Shown one piece after another: positions 31,025 through 40,944 of a stretch of 64,000 nt of DNA. Numbering within the stretch: position 1 is the first letter of the stretch; each line of letters opens with the position of its first letter. Origin of the DNA: an uncultured delta proteobacterium (GTDB lineage: Bacteria > Desulfobacterota > Desulfobaccia > Desulfobaccales > 0-14-0-80-60-11); assembly GCA_963848565.1 (NCBI GenBank), contig CAWKEQ010000006.1, forward strand, positions 16,666-80,665, written 5' to 3'. The notes below the pieces were generated by a model that was not told the origin of the DNA, searched no databases, and was given only the letters and a program-made list of their open reading frames with translations. Both the position numbers and the translations under genes were made by a program.

Positions 31025-31582
31025 TCAGGTTTGCCGAGCCTTTCTCACCTTGTGAACGTACCACTGGGTAAAGATAATTCCCAGGAACATGCTTCCGGTG
31101 GCCAGCAGGTGATAGAGCCAACCGGACACCTGGTCCAGATATGGCCTGAACAGGCTTGCTCCCACGGCCAGGAGAAAAATGATTCCCCAGACCATGGAGA
31201 TGAAGTAATTGCTGTGGATGAACCCCGGGGTGCGCCAGTAGGCTTCCGGCACGCTTTCCCTGGCGTATTGCAGGGTAAAAGGCGCTCCGGCGATGATGGA
31301 GACCCAGGCTATGGCCGCCAGGGTCGCCCGGGCCAGCAGGTCCATGTGCTCAACCACCCACAGGTTTTTCAGAAAAGCCACCAGAATGAGCACGAAGGCG
31401 AAAAACAGCAGGCTCCCCCAGGTCAAGAAATATCCCTGGCGCAGTTGCTTGACTCCCAGGGCCAGCGTCGCGGCCAAAGCAACCGCCAGAGCCGCCTCCA
31501 GGCTGGTGAGGGATGGCCCGGCCAGGATGCCGAACAAGATCCAGGGCAAAAAACCCAGGAGGATTTTCAACAAATCTTTCAA
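31025..31582 (-). CDS. polytopic membrane protein, hypothetical
   Basis: 185-aa ORF with about 5-6 hydrophobic segments; between lepA and hemW. Confidence 0.6.
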   Translation of the reverse strand: MKDLLKILLGFLPWILFGILAGPSLTSLEAALAVALAATLALGVKQLRQGYFLTWGSLLFFAFVLILVAFLKNLWVVEHMDLLARATLAAIAWVSIIAGAPFTLQYARESVPEAYWRTPGFIHSNYFISMVWGIIFLLAVGASLFRPYLDQVSGWLYHLLATGSMFLGIIFTQWYVHKVRKARQT

Positions 31583-31716
31583 GCGTTCTCACCGCCCAGC
31601 GTGCCGGCACAGTGGACCATTGACTCATTCCCCTTCCATCTTCAGCTTTATAGGGCGTGCCGTGCACGCCGATTTCCGGCGGCCACAGGCCGCCCTATGC
31701 TGACCATGACCCCTAT

Positions 31717-33513
31717 CTACTCATTTTCCGTCTTCAGCACCGCCACGAAGGCGCTTTGGGGGATCTGGACGGAGCCCACCATCTTCATGCGCTTTTTGCC
31801 GGCCTTCTGTTTTTCCAGGAGTTTCCGTTTCCGGGTGATATCGCCGCCGTAGCACTTGGCGGTGACGTCTTTCCTAAAGGCGCTGATGGTGGAGCGGGAG
31901 ATGATCTGGCCCCCCACGGCCCCCTGGATGGCGATCTTGAACTGCTGTTTGGGGATTTCATCCTTGAGGCGGTCGCAGACCCGGACGCCCCACTCCCGGA
32001 CCCGATCCTTGTGGACGATCATGGAAAGGGCGTCCAGTTTCTCGCCGTTCACCAGGATGTCGAGCTTCTGGAGGCTCGTCGGCCGGTAGTCCAGGAGTTC
32101 GTAGTCAAAGGAGCCGTAGCCCTGGGTGATGGTCTTGAGGCGGTCGTAGAAGTCGATGATGACTTCGGCCAGGGGCATGTCGAAGTTGATTTCCACCCGG
32201 CCCGGGGAGGGGTAGTTGAAGCGGGAGTTGACGCCCCGGCGCTCCAGGCAGAGCTTCATCACCGCGCCCACGAAGCGCTCGGGGATGAGGATGGAGGTCC
32301 GGATGAACGGCTCCTCCTCGAGCTTGATGCTGCTGGGGTCGGGGTAGTACAGGGGGTTGTCCACGGTGATGACCTTGCCGTCGGCCAGGGTAAAGCGGTA
32401 CTGGACCCCGGGGACGGTCATGATGATGGACTGGTCGTACTCCCGTTCCAGGCGCTCCTGGACGATCTCCAGGTGGAGGAGCCCCAGGAAGCCGCAGCGG
32501 AAGCCCTGGCCCAGGGCGGCGGAGGAGTCCTTCTGGTAGACCAGGGAGGCGTCGTTGAGCTTGAATTTTTCCAGGGCGTCGGCCAGGTCCTGGTAATCGT
32601 CGTTGCCCACCGGGTAGATGGAGGCGAAGACCACGGGCTTGACTTCCTTGAAGCCGGGGAGGGGCGCGGCCGCGTGGCGGCCCTCCAGGGTGATGGTGTC
32701 GCCGATGCGGGTGTCGCTCACCGTCTTGATGCCGGCGATGAGGTAGCCCACCATGCCGGCGGAAAGCTCTTTCCGGGGCTCCCGGGTCAGCCGGAAGACG
32801 CCGGTCTCCTCCACCTTGTGCACGGTGCCGTTGTACATCATGCGGATGATGTCCCCGGGCTTGACCGCACCTTCAAAGATGCGGCAGGAGACCACGGTGC
32901 CCCGGAAGGAATCGTAGTGGGCATCGAAGATCAGCCCCGAGAGGGGTTCCGCGGCGTTGCCTTTGGGGGGCGGGATCCGGGTGACGATGGCCTCGAGGAT
33001 CTCGTCGATGCCGAGGCCTTCCTTGGCGGAGCACAGAATGACGTGGTCCGAATCCAGGCCCAGCTCGCGTTCGATCTGCTCCTTGACCCCGTCCACGTCC
33101 GCGGCGGGCAGGTCGATCTTGTTGATCACCGGGATGATGGTGAGGTCGTGCTCCATGGCCAGATAGAGGTTGGCCACGGTCTGGGCCTCCACCCCTTGGG
33201 AGGCGTCCACCAGCAGCAGCACCCCCTCGCAGGAGGCCAGGGCCCGGGAGACCTCGTAGGAGAAATCCACGTGGCCCGGGGTGTCGATGAGGTTAAGCTC
33301 GTATTCGACGCCGTCGTCGGCGGTATAGGGCAGGCTGATGGTGTTGCTCTTGATGGTGATGCCCCGCTCCCGTTCGATGTCCATGGTGTCCAGGATCTGG
33401 TCCCGGAACTGGCGTTCCCCCACCATGCCGGTCCACTGGATAAGGCGGTCCGCCAGGGTGGACTTGCCGTGGTCGATATGGGCGATGATGCTGAAGTTGC
33501 GGATATTGGACAT
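31717..33513 (-). CDS. lepA: elongation factor 4
   Basis: 598-aa ORF; G1 [17 protein letters not shown], full LepA C-terminal domain. Confidence 0.97.
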   Translation of the reverse strand: MSNIRNFSIIAHIDHGKSTLADRLIQWTGMVGERQFRDQILDTMDIERERGITIKSNTISLPYTADDGVEYELNLIDTPGHVDFSYEVSRALASCEGVLLLVDASQGVEAQTVANLYLAMEHDLTIIPVINKIDLPAADVDGVKEQIERELGLDSDHVILCSAKEGLGIDEILEAIVTRIPPPKGNAAEPLSGLIFDAHYDSFRGTVVSCRIFEGAVKPGDIIRMMYNGTVHKVEETGVFRLTREPRKELSAGMVGYLIAGIKTVSDTRIGDTITLEGRHAAAPLPGFKEVKPVVFASIYPVGNDDYQDLADALEKFKLNDASLVYQKDSSAALGQGFRCGFLGLLHLEIVQERLEREYDQSIIMTVPGVQYRFTLADGKVITVDNPLYYPDPSSIKLEEEPFIRTSILIPERFVGAVMKLCLERRGVNSRFNYPSPGRVEINFDMPLAEVIIDFYDRLKTITQGYGSFDYELLDYRPTSLQKLDILVNGEKLDALSMIVHKDRVREWGVRVCDRLKDEIPKQQFKIAIQGAVGGQIISRSTISAFRKDVTAKCYGGDITRKRKLLEKQKAGKKRMKMVGSVQIPQSAFVAVLKTENE

Positions 33514-34026
33514 ATTTTTGATTAAAAGAAACGCTCGCTTCCTTGAGTTATGAATATCAAATTAGACATCAATATATACTATTCTACATTTTATCCCTCA
33601 AGAGTGCACCCTTAGATTTTGGGGAGGCTCCGGGTAGGCTCAAAATATGAAATTCTCTACTTCTACTTATAGCATTATAGTCTATTCAAATAAAAGTCTA
33701 TCATAATATAAGTATATACAATAAAGTCTTGACCTTAGAAGTGAGGATTAATCAATAGGACGAATATAGGGCGTGGATTTTGCTGGATTGGACCCCGTGA
33801 GCCCAGAAAACCTATGGTGGCGGTGCTGGCCGACCTCACGGCACGGACGCGCTGGTGGAACGGATCATCATGATGGTGAACCAGTGCATCTGCTATAAGG
33901 GGCACGTATACAGATTCAGCTGGAAGGACGGCGAAAACGTGGCTTTTTATGAACCTGCCAGTCATGGAAGCCGCCCCGCACTGCTGCGTTTAACCTAATA
34001 TACCTATCATCATCATCTCCCTCGAA

Positions 34027-34059
34027 GGCTCGCGTCCCTTTACGGCGCGGGCCTTTTTT
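34027..34059 (+). terminator. candidate rho-independent terminator
   Basis: GGCTCGCG-loop-CGCGGGCC followed by TTTTTTAT; lies 29 nt after the stop of a 42-codon plus-strand ORF (33870..33998). Confidence 0.45.
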
Positions 34060-34251
34060 ATGAGGTTTCAGTGAGCAGGTTCAGGTGTCAGGACAGGGGC
34101 AACCATGAGCCAGATCTCTCGCGGCAGTGAAACTTCAGGCCTGCGGTACGCCGGAGCGCATTGACACGGCGTCCTGGTCACGAAGTATAAAGAAACAAAA
34201 GGATTTTCCCGCCTTAAGGGCGAAGGGGATGCGCTATGTTCAATGGTCTGA

Positions 34252-34329
34252 CTGGATAAGGCGTTCCGCCAACGTGGACTTGCCGTGGTCGATATGGGCG
34301 ATGATGCTGAAATTGCGGATGTTGGACAT
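34252..34329 (-). pseudogene. duplicated 5' fragment of lepA (26 codons)
   Basis: 78 nt with 5 mismatches (counted by hand) to lepA 33436..33513; encodes [26 protein letters not shown], then a stop 3 codons later. Confidence 0.85.
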
Positions 34330-34441
34330 AGTAATCGGTAACGCCGGTTCCCGGTTTAGGCTTAATTCAACTCCAATTAGTTATTGTACATTTTTTCCGG
34401 GAAGGCGTCCACTGCCAGGGGTGAAAAATGGTCGGTGTCAT

Positions 34442-34495
34442 GGGGCCGCGGTCCCTGGCCGCCATATCGGTTGGCGGGCGGGAAGGCCCGCCCCC
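34442..34495. repeat. GC-rich double-hairpin REP-like element
   Basis: GGGGCCGCGGTCCCTGGCCGCC…GGCGGGC-GGGAAG-GCCCGCC; related in opposite orientation to 51562..51612. Confidence 0.6.
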
Positions 34496-34639
34496 CTGCA
34501 CGGCGGCCCGAACCACCGGGCTTTTTCCTTTAAGGAGGCGCTCAACCGGCTCAGGTTTCAGGAGACGCAGACTTCAGCCTGCGCACAGGTTGACAACCTG
34601 CGCCACCAAAGTTTGCTTATTTTTGACGGCAACCTGGTA

Positions 34640-35167
34640 TCATGGGGCCGGCGGCGGTTTGGCGGGCCGCTCCAGGCCTTCCATGATGGCGTTGACGAAC
34701 TTGTGGGCATAAGCCACGAAGTCGCCTTCCACCACATAGCCATAGCGGATGTAGCTTTCGGGCATATTCACCCGGGCATTCTTGATGATGATATAGATAT
34801 TGGGGTTGATCCCGGCCTGGCCGCGATAGCCGTAGTAGAGGTTGGGCACCTGGTGGGCGATGATGACCAGGCCGCTTTCATCCAGGATGGTCAGCTTCGG
34901 GTAGATCTGGATGCCGGGGTCGGGTTTTTCGAGGACCGCGCCCTTGGCAATGAGATCATAGCCGTCCTCGGTGAGCTTTTTAAGGGTGGCGTCGATCTTG
35001 GCCAGGACCTTGGCTTTTTCCTGGAGGGGAACCTTGCGGTACTGGGAAAAGTAGCCGGTGGGGAACTGTTTGGTCTGGACCGAGGTTTTTTGGGCCCAAC
35101 CCGGAACAACCCCCAGGATGAGGCTTAAAACCAGGAGCGCCTGAGAGGTGAGGGTTTTCATGGGCAT
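34640..35167 (-). CDS. secreted hypothetical protein
   Basis: 175-aa ORF with signal peptide (LLVLSLILGVVPGWA); the antisense 333-aa ORF was rejected. Confidence 0.55.
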   Translation of the reverse strand: MPMKTLTSQALLVLSLILGVVPGWAQKTSVQTKQFPTGYFSQYRKVPLQEKAKVLAKIDATLKKLTEDGYDLIAKGAVLEKPDPGIQIYPKLTILDESGLVIIAHQVPNLYYGYRGQAGINPNIYIIIKNARVNMPESYIRYGYVVEGDFVAYAHKFVNAIMEGLERPAKPPPAP

Positions 35168-35360
35168 GGATCAGGGAACCAGAGCTTCGCCACTTCCTTG
35201 GCGTTACCCAGCAGAAACTGGGAAACGAGAGGAATCGAGTGTAGGGCGGGAACCGCCCGTCAGGTCATGGTGCGCAGAGCGCACCCTACGTGACTGACAC
35301 CCTGGCAGCCCCAGCCGTGACGGCGCCATGGGGTTGAGGGCGGCGCCGCCGGGCCGCGGC

Positions 35361-35669
35361 TCAATCGAACCTGACCTCCTCGTCGGGAAGTTCGATTTCG
35401 CCGGGAAAATCGGAGAAGGGAAAGGGGCGCTGGTTTTCGTTGAGGGTCAGGTAGCGCATCACCCGGTACCCATACGTAGCCACCTTGTTGGCGAAAGCCC
35501 GGGCGGGCTCATTGTGCTGCAAGGTGACCAGCAGGAAAAAGTATTCAAACAGAGTGATCAGCAGGACCACGGTTTTTACCACCTCGAAGATGGCCACATA
35601 CAGGAGCGTGTAGAGCAGGCGGATGGCGACCTGTTTCCGGGAAATGGCGACCTGGAGTTCGTCGGGCAT
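35361..35669 (-). CDS. small membrane protein, DUF4389-like
   Basis: 102-aa ORF; two hydrophobic helices and a C-terminal …RPFPFSDFP tail, resembling DUF4389. Confidence 0.45.
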   Translation of the reverse strand: MPDELQVAISRKQVAIRLLYTLLYVAIFEVVKTVVLLITLFEYFFLLVTLQHNEPARAFANKVATYGYRVMRYLTLNENQRPFPFSDFPGEIELPDEEVRFD

Positions 35670-36066
35670 AGTTCCTCCGGCGCGGCAGTTGGGCGCGCAT
35701 GGTGATCAGCAGCCGTGCCCCGTGAGGCACATTTTGATGATTACCTCATATTATAAAGGGGAGGCCCCTGGTTTGGCAAGGCGACTTGAGGGCCCGGTTC
35801 CGGGCGGCCTGAGGCGGCGCTGGGAATCCTCACCTTTCTGTCATCCATGGGCCTTCGACCCACCCGTAAATTATGGCGAGTTCATGATGGGCATACCCCT
35901 AACCTTGAACCTTGAACTTTGGACTTTTCAGGCCAGGTCTCCGGGGCCAAGCGCGGCAAAAAATTTCGCTTCCCGGGGTTAAATGTGATATTGCTGATCG
36001 TGGTTAGGAATGCGGACCTGAGGTTCCTCGAGAAACCTCATGAACTTAAAGGAGGTGTCGGCAAAG

Positions 36067-36441
36067 TTGCATGAATATTCATTAATGGAGCAGGTAATCG
36101 CCCACATCCTGGCAGAACTCAAAAAGGTGGATAACCCCCCCGACGGGAGTTCACTGGAGGTGGTCTTGAGAGTGGGGGCCCTGGCGATACACTCCGAGGC
36201 CGCCACCCGGACAGCTTATGAGCTCCTGGTCAAGGGGACGCCCCTGGCGCAATCCCGGCTGAACCTGACCATTGAACCGGTAACGTTGACCTGCTCGCAA
36301 TGCGGCTATCAGGGACCGCTGCCGGAGGGCGCGGTTGATCCCCACGACCAGTCTCCCCTGGTGGAATGCCCCCAGTGCGGGGCCGTGAACCCGGTTCAGG
36401 GAGGACGGGGGGTGGAGGGCATCGAACTCCGGTGGGAGTAA
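36067..36441 (+). CDS. hypA: hydrogenase nickel insertion protein HypA
   Basis: TTG start gives MHEYSLMEQV (canonical HypA N-terminus; AGGAGG 11 nt upstream); Zn motifs CSQCG … CPQCG. Confidence 0.85.
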   Translation: MHEYSLMEQVIAHILAELKKVDNPPDGSSLEVVLRVGALAIHSEAATRTAYELLVKGTPLAQSRLNLTIEPVTLTCSQCGYQGPLPEGAVDPHDQSPLVECPQCGAVNPVQGGRGVEGIELRWE

Positions 36442-36448
36442 AGCCGTC

Positions 36449-36574
36449 AGCGTTCAGCTCTCAGCAGTCAGCTTTTTGAATTATCACGATTGGTTGCCTT
36501 GTTCCGGTCAATCAATCGTTATGGACCAGATTTGATAACTCCTGGTGTTTGCTGATAGCTGACTGCTGAACGCT
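36449..36574. repeat. imperfect long inverted repeat between convergent genes
   Basis: AGCGTTCAG…CAGTCAGCT (36449..36473) pairs with AGCTGACTGCTGAACGCT (36557..36574); fills the hypA / protease gap. Confidence 0.6.
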
Positions 36575-36576
36575 CC

Positions 36577-37077
36577 TCATTCCGGCCCCGCTTCCGGGAG
36601 AGCCTCCATGAGGCGCCGGCAGACTATATCGATGGCGGCCGTCATGGCCGGCGTCAGACCCGGCGTTACTTCATCCGGGATGGTTTCGACCTGGGCCACG
36701 AGGATCTTGATGTCTATCCGGCTATGCTCCTTAAGCTCCTGGAGCATGTTGACCGTGGGAAATTGGTGGAGGGAGAAATCGGAGGCCTTTTTGTCCGGTA
36801 TCCCTTCCACCGGGATTTCGAAGACCTCCCCCGGCTTCCGGTCGGGATATTCCACGGCGTCGATGATGAAAATCTTTTGGGGCTTCTTGTCGCTCAGAAC
36901 TATATCGAAAAGAATATCCCGGATGCTGGTCCCCACATCCATCGCCAGGACGTCGGCGGGGAGACGGTAGTGCTCCTTCAGCCTCTCAATGACCGCGGGC
37001 CCAAACCCGTCATCACCCCACAGGATATTGCCGCAGCCAAAGATCAGGACTGATTTCTCGAACAAATCTTTTAACAT
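36577..37077 (-). CDS. hydrogenase maturation endopeptidase (HyaD/HybD/FrhD family)
   Basis: 166-aa ORF; LIFGCGNILWGDDGFGPAV motif. Confidence 0.8.
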   Translation of the reverse strand: MLKDLFEKSVLIFGCGNILWGDDGFGPAVIERLKEHYRLPADVLAMDVGTSIRDILFDIVLSDKKPQKIFIIDAVEYPDRKPGEVFEIPVEGIPDKKASDFSLHQFPTVNMLQELKEHSRIDIKILVAQVETIPDEVTPGLTPAMTAAIDIVCRRLMEALPEAGPE

Positions 37078-37152
37078 CAGGTTATTGCCGCTCCTGGATC
37101 AAGCCCCTGGCTGTCGGCCGGAACCCTAAGTGGAACCGGGGTCTTCAGGGGA

Positions 37153-37665
37153 TTAGGATTTATTGCCCTTATCTGACGGACTCGTCACAATATAGCGGAT
37201 GGCTTCGGCCTGAATTCTGGAAGGCAGCGTTATCCCCGATTGTCCCTGGTCCAGACCGGCACCGTAGAGGATGATGGCATCGGCGCCGATCTCCCTGGCC
37301 TTATCTTTGAGGCCTGCCAACACCTCCCCGGACGTGGAACGGGGCCCAGGTTTGCACTCCAAAATCGCAAAGGATTTATAGGCCCTGGATGGCGGGGCCT
37401 TCAGGACATCGACCTGGACGGTTCGAGGGTATTTGATCCTCATCTGCTTGGAATAAGCGGATAGATCCACGTTGCCAGAGGAGTCGGTGAGGAGGCCCCG
37501 GTAGTGGGTTTCCTGACCGGCCACAAAAAAGGCGTTAACCTCCTGGGGTTGAGCCGTTACCGTGATTGCCTGGGATTCCGTCTGCTGGTTGACGTTGGCG
37601 CAGCCTGGGAAACCGAGGACGGCCAAGGCCAGACACAAAAGAATCGGTACACCATAAGTAACCAT
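37153..37665 (-). CDS. lipoprotein, hypothetical
   Basis: Track ORF trimmed to MVTYGVPILLCLALAVLGFPGC (lipobox). Confidence 0.55.
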   Translation of the reverse strand: MVTYGVPILLCLALAVLGFPGCANVNQQTESQAITVTAQPQEVNAFFVAGQETHYRGLLTDSSGNVDLSAYSKQMRIKYPRTVQVDVLKAPPSRAYKSFAILECKPGPRSTSGEVLAGLKDKAREIGADAIILYGAGLDQGQSGITLPSRIQAEAIRYIVTSPSDKGNKS

Positions 37666-37873
37666 AGATATTAAATTTCCCTGCGATACCCGGAGTATAG
37701 GTTGCTCATGAGGCCTAGCTTGGGGACTCCAGATGACGCCCCCAACTTTATTATAGCAAGGCGAAAGGGGGAATTGGGCATTTTTTTTGGGGCTTAAGCC
37801 GACCCGGAACCATAAAATTTCGGAGAGGTCATGGCCGTGAGGGGAGGACCAAGCGAACCCGGACTCCGGGGGG

Positions 37874-38611
37874 TTAGAAGCAAGGTTCGCCGGCGATGAT
37901 TTTCCCGGGAATGTCATGGACCATGGCCCGGGCGCGGGTCTCGCCGACCAGACGGGATAATTCAGCGACCGCCTCACTCAGGAGGGGGGGACGCCCCCTA
38001 ATATTGTGGGCGTCGGTAGCCAGGAGGTGGACGTATCCTAACTTGATTAATTGTCGCGAAATCTTTTTTACCCGCCGGCCAAACCATCCGGTTAAACTGT
38101 TGCCGGTCAACTGAACCAGGCAGCCCAGTTCAATCAAACGTCCCAGCTTGTGGGGCATCTCTTGAATAATCAGGTGGCGCTCAGGATGGGTAATGATGGG
38201 GGTTATGCCCTTGGACTGCAACTGAAAACAGATTTCTTCCATCGCCGGCGGCAAGGAGGTATCGGGGAGTTCCAAGAGCAAATAGCGGTTGGCATCGTTA
38301 ATGGTCAAGGCCCGGCCGGCCTCCAAGAGCTTTAATGATTCGAAACTCAGGGGAAAATCACAACCCGGGATGATTTCCAGAGGGATATTGGCCTCGGACA
38401 ATTTCTGTTTCAGTTGCGCCACGCGCTGGAGAACCAATTCCTTATCATTTAATTGACTCGGGCCGCTCGTTCTCCTTATGAAGAGGTGCGGGGTGGCTAC
38501 CATGACCCTGATGCCGTCTTTTACCGCCATCTGGGCCATCTCCAGGGATTCTTCCCAGGTCTTGGCCCCGTCGTCCACCCCAGGCAGGATATGTGCATGG
38601 ATATCAATCAT
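37874..38611 (-). CDS. PHP-family tyrosine-protein phosphatase (CpsB/CapC-like)
   Basis: Trimmed to MIDIHAHILPGVDDGAKTWEESL…ATPH; the signature N-terminus of CpsB-type phosphatases. Confidence 0.8.
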   Translation of the reverse strand: MIDIHAHILPGVDDGAKTWEESLEMAQMAVKDGIRVMVATPHLFIRRTSGPSQLNDKELVLQRVAQLKQKLSEANIPLEIIPGCDFPLSFESLKLLEAGRALTINDANRYLLLELPDTSLPPAMEEICFQLQSKGITPIITHPERHLIIQEMPHKLGRLIELGCLVQLTGNSLTGWFGRRVKKISRQLIKLGYVHLLATDAHNIRGRPPLLSEAVAELSRLVGETRARAMVHDIPGKIIAGEPCF

Positions 38612-39270
38612 GGTCAAGCTTCGCTGCTCCCGGCGGCACCGGTAAGCGATGCGTATCCGGACAATTATCCATGGCGATTTCCAGGTCATTAAAGCGGGGC
38701 CCGAAGACATCCCACCCTGAAAAGCCGCAAACTCTTCCGAGGACTTCTCTCCAGACGTTCATAAAAGATCCCCGGATAATTTTTTCCGACAAAATAATAT
38801 CAGGTTTTTCTTGGAAATGATATTTTCAGAAAATCTTTCGCTTCCAATGATCATCCCGGGGCCTTTGAGAGAAAGTATAATTTCTTGATTAACTAATCAC
38901 CGATTGATTGATGGTTGAGAATAAACCGACTCGAGGGGAAAATCAACCCAGGTGGACGGAGGCATCGCCAACGGATAGTCGAAGAGAGTTGCCTGGAAAC
39001 GATTAATGACGAGGCCCGGGGTCGGAGCCCCTTTTCCCTGAGGAACACTGTCATGCTGTATGGTTGGGATTGATAGACAAATGTTTACAGAGTAACAACT
39101 TCGGCAACGCTTTTTTCTTTATCTGAGGTGGAACCCAACCCTATAAAAATGTCTCAGTTAACCGGATACTTTCAAGGATAATCGACAATAACGGCAAGCG
39201 TAATAAAAAAAGAGTTGATTTTTTATGAAAATCCTACTTAAATCTTCTAACTTAAATCTGCGAGTCCGAT

Positions 39271-40590
39271 ATGTTGAGTTCCTTGGGGATGTTGATTTTT
39301 CATAGTCTCGGCAAAATAGCTTGCTGTGGGAATGGTTTTGCCCTGGCAATCATGATGGCGGTGTCGCTTTGCTGCTGGTGTCCATCCGGGGCCTGGGCGT
39401 CCGGCTTTGCTCTGGTGCAGCAGGGAACTGCGGCCATGGCTCAAGGCAACGCCTTCGTGGCCGAGGCCAGTGACGCCTCAGCCGTCTTTTACAATCCCGC
39501 CGGACTCAACCAGCTCAAACAGGTTCAAGTTTATCAGGGTAGCTTCTTTAATTATCCGGATCGCGAATATAGCGGCGGCGGCCTGGATTCTCAAACCAAT
39601 CATCGCCTATACCGAAGCCTGTCGGCCTATGTCGCCATTCCCGTGCATGATCGGGTCGCCCTGGGATTCGGCTTTTTTTCGCCCTTCGGGATGGGGACGG
39701 TCTGGTCCCCGACCTGGGCGGGCAGATATCTCACCACCTTCTCCAGCATAAAGACCTACAACCTCAACCCGGTGATCTCGGTGAAAGTTCTGGAAAATCT
39801 CTCTCTGGCCGCCGGGTACGATGTTATGTGGTCCAAAGTCCGTCTCAAGCGCAAAATACCCGTGGTCATCGGGGGGAAGGCGTTCGCCGATGGCGAAACC
39901 GAGATTACCGGCGAGGGCAGCGGCTCGGGCTTCAACTTGGGGCTGCATTACGAACCCGTCTCGGGGGTGAAGCTGGGGGTTGCCTACCGCAGTCAAATCA
40001 AAGTGAATCACAGCGGCGCTTTTTCCACCAGCCTGCCGGTGCCGTTAGGGGGGGGGCCCGCCAGCCCGGGCACGGCCTCCATTGTCTTTCCCCCATCGCT
40101 GACGGCGGGGATTGCCTACAGCCGGTTCAAACCTTTCACCTTCGAATTTGATACCACCTGGACAGGCTGGTCTTCGTATGACAAGCTGAAAGTCAATTTA
40201 GACAACCCGGTACCGGTCAACGGGCTCCCGTCCACCACCATCTGCATCCCCAAAAACTGGCATGATACCTGGGCCTTCCGCTTCGGGGCCAGTTATGAAG
40301 TTAATGATTGGATGAAGCTCCGGGCCGGATATATCTATGACCTGACCCCGGTACCGGATTCCAGCTTTGAACCCCAGGTGCCCGACTCCAACCGCCACAT
40401 CTTTACGGTGGGGCAGGATCTCAAGATCTGGGGATTTACGCTGGGTATCGCCTACAATTTTATCCTGTCCGAGAGCCGCACCAAAAACAACACCATTGTG
40501 ACCAACGGGGTCCCGGCCATCTTGCAAGCCAACGGGCGCTACGACAGTAATATCCACTCTCTCGGGATGAGCTGGGCGTATAGTTTTTAA
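39271..40590 (+). CDS. outer membrane transport protein, OMPP1/FadL/TodX family
   Basis: 439-aa ORF; SGFALVQQGTAAMAQGNAFVAEASDASAVFYNPAGL N-terminal motif; ends in Phe. Confidence 0.8.
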   Translation: MLSSLGMLIFHSLGKIACCGNGFALAIMMAVSLCCWCPSGAWASGFALVQQGTAAMAQGNAFVAEASDASAVFYNPAGLNQLKQVQVYQGSFFNYPDREYSGGGLDSQTNHRLYRSLSAYVAIPVHDRVALGFGFFSPFGMGTVWSPTWAGRYLTTFSSIKTYNLNPVISVKVLENLSLAAGYDVMWSKVRLKRKIPVVIGGKAFADGETEITGEGSGSGFNLGLHYEPVSGVKLGVAYRSQIKVNHSGAFSTSLPVPLGGGPASPGTASIVFPPSLTAGIAYSRFKPFTFEFDTTWTGWSSYDKLKVNLDNPVPVNGLPSTTICIPKNWHDTWAFRFGASYEVNDWMKLRAGYIYDLTPVPDSSFEPQVPDSNRHIFTVGQDLKIWGFTLGIAYNFILSESRTKNNTIVTNGVPAILQANGRYDSNIHSLGMSWAYSF

Positions 40591-40944
40591 CGGGAGATCG
40601 CAACCGGGCTTAAGAGGGGGGAGTCAGACCATGCGCCTGCCTTCGGTCTGCCTCCGGAATCTGGAGTAAGGCGGTCTCAATTCTCTGTTTTAATCAACTG
40701 CCTTTCGGGGTCGCAAGCAGGGGCCAAGGAACCAGGTCCTGCTGCTGCGGTTCCGGTTGACCCACCTGGTAAAACTGCCGGTAATAATCTCAGAAACGTT
40801 GCACAGCGCGACACGAGAAGCCCATGCCAACCATCAGGTTCGCCTTCCCTATCAGGCGGAGCGCCGTGAATTACCTATTATTCTCAATGGTATTAAATCA
40901 TTAACTCCATGCAGCCCGACAGCCAAGCCGGTTCTGCACCGGTG

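Noticed and set aside
31657-33525. 622-aa plus-strand ORF
   Set aside because: It is fully antisense to lepA, whose identity is unambiguous, and its composition is the usual Gly/Asp/Val/His-rich mirror-frame artefact. The same reasoning removes 16150..17238, 19914..21047, 25366..26559, 27684..28883, 30578..31852, 34127..35128, 54279..55331 and 61546..62619.
33735-33965. 76-aa minus-strand ORF inside the lepA-associated insert
   Set aside because: It has no RBS and no recognisable family. The opposite strand carries a shorter ORF that is followed by a terminator-like hairpin, which is more consistent with plus-strand transcription. Neither ORF is well supported.
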